From Candidatus Limnocylindrales bacterium (lineage in GTDB: Bacteria > Chloroflexota > Limnocylindria > Limnocylindrales > CSP1-4): a DNA stretch of 53,617 nt. The stretch lies in contig DATFPL010000093.1 in NCBI GenBank assembly GCA_035264845.1, positions 1 to 53,617 on the forward strand, read 5' to 3'. Position numbers and translations under genes: made by a program. How positions within the stretch are numbered: the first letter of the stretch is position 1; each line of letters begins with the position of its first letter. Positions 52,854-53,617 of this stretch are shown in pieces. A model generated the notes under the pieces. It was given only the letters and a program-made list of their open reading frames with translations, made no database searches and was not told where the DNA came from.

Positions 52854-53477
52854 ATGCGCCGCGAGCTGATCCGCCTCGCCCTTGTCGCACTCGGCGGCGT
52901 CCTCGTCGTCACCGCCTACGCCACGGTCCGGATCTGGGAGCAGGGCGACCGCGACGAGCAGCGTCCGGCTGATGCGATCGTCGTGCTGGGTGCCGCGCAG
53001 TACGACGGGCGACCCTCGCCGGTATTCCGGGCGCGTCTCGAGCACGCCGTATCGCTCTACCAGCAGGGGCTTGCGCCGCTCCTCGTCGTGACCGGCGGCA
53101 AGGCGGCCGGCGACCGCACCACCGAGGCCGCCGTCGCGCGCGCGTTTGCGATCGCCAACGACGTGCCTGTGGACGCGATTCTCGTCGAGGACCGCGGCCG
53201 CAACACGCTCGATTCGCTGCGAACAGTCGGCTCGATGCTTCACAAGCGAGGCTTGAGCAGCGCGGTCTTCGTGTCGGACCGGACGCACATGCTCCGCGTG
53301 CTGCGGATCGCGCGCGACCAGGACATCACGGCGTGGGGATCGCCGACGGAGACGAGCCCGACGGACACGGACCGTGGTCGCCGCGTCGACGCCACGCTCC
53401 ACGAGCTCGCCGCGCTCGCGGCTTATTTCGTCGGCGGCGTCGGCGACCCCGAACCGCCGACTGCGGCCGGTCGGTAG
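52854..53477 (+). CDS. YdcF/ElyC/SanA (DUF218) family protein
   Basis: N-terminal TM helix, then AIVVLGAAQYDGRPSPVFRARLEHAVSLYQQGLAPLLVVTGG...NTLDSL. Confidence 0.8.
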   Translation: MRRELIRLALVALGGVLVVTAYATVRIWEQGDRDEQRPADAIVVLGAAQYDGRPSPVFRARLEHAVSLYQQGLAPLLVVTGGKAAGDRTTEAAVARAFAIANDVPVDAILVEDRGRNTLDSLRTVGSMLHKRGLSSAVFVSDRTHMLRVLRIARDQDITAWGSPTETSPTDTDRGRRVDATLHELAALAAYFVGGVGDPEPPTAAGR

Positions 53478-53479
53478 CG

Positions 53480-53503
53480 CACCGCGACTGGCGGTGATTT
53501 ATT
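53480..53503 (+). terminator. Hairpin (6-bp stem CACCGC / GCGGTG, 5-nt loop) followed by ATTTATT
   Basis: Read directly, 3 nt after the ydcF-like stop. It is one of the few T-rich tracts in the window. Confidence 0.45.
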
Positions 53504-53537
53504 CGCGCCCACGGTGCGGAAAAAGCCGTCCTCCCTC

Positions 53538-53566
53538 TTGGCGCAGGCATGGCAACCACCTATACT
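53538..53566 (+). promoter_or_regulatory. Candidate promoter TTGGCG-17-TATACT pointing out of the window
   Basis: Read directly in the comparatively AT-rich final 120 nt. The target gene is beyond the window end. Confidence 0.45.
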
Positions 53567-53617
53567 CCACAAAACTTCCCCAGGGATCCCCACCGATCCC
53601 GCGCATGCCCCCGCCCC

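Overview
A very GC-rich chromosomal segment (GC content judged by eye, not computed) that is almost entirely housekeeping genes. I found no rRNA, tRNA, CRISPR array, transposase or integrase.

Gene order, left to right:
- A Tad/Flp pilus secretion module (cpaE-like, cpaF, tadB, tadC), then DUF192 and comF.
- A frameshifted remnant of the ribosome hibernation factor hpf.
- A divergent pair, ArsR/DUF2087 regulator and endonuclease IV, sharing a perfect 11-6-11 inverted repeat. nfo is translationally coupled to a GT39 membrane glycosyltransferase.
- A long minus-strand block (8.8-40 kb): XRE regulator, UPF0104/PHP pair, mreB, murA, the full F1Fo ATP synthase operon (atpI-B-E-F-H-A-G-D-C), a Pro/Thr-repeat membrane protein, wecA, glyA, tsaC, prmC, an amylo-alpha-1,6-glucosidase, prfA, DUF1385, rpmE, rpmA, rplU, DUF2344, a plus-strand PerM/J-domain pair, nhaP, rodA, mrdA, mreD.
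- A 391-bp gap at 40.05-40.44 kb carrying a perfect parS palindrome. Gene orientation flips here.
- A plus-strand block: parA-parB-gyrB-(thioesterase)-(HEAT/alkylation-repair-like)-gyrA-prs-small membrane ORF-secA-ydcF.

The order rpmE-prfA-prmC-tsaC-glyA-wecA-atp-murA-mreB matches the ancient Firmicutes/Actinobacteria (Terrabacteria) arrangement.

I did not find a convincing self-contained novel system such as a defence island. The observations most worth following up are:
- the parS site and strand switch, with a parAB-gyrB fusion operon lacking dnaA/dnaN/recF;
- a roughly 130-aa low-complexity C-terminal tail on ATP synthase alpha that overlaps atpG;
- long tails on L21 and other core proteins;
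- the hpf C-terminal-domain relic behind a TATACT -10 box;
- the ArsR-type operator in front of nfo;
- mreD-mrdA-rodA without mreC;
- a 29-bp direct repeat in front of an apparently leaderless secA;
- resistance-type residues in MurA (Cys to Asp) and GyrA (Ser83 to Val).
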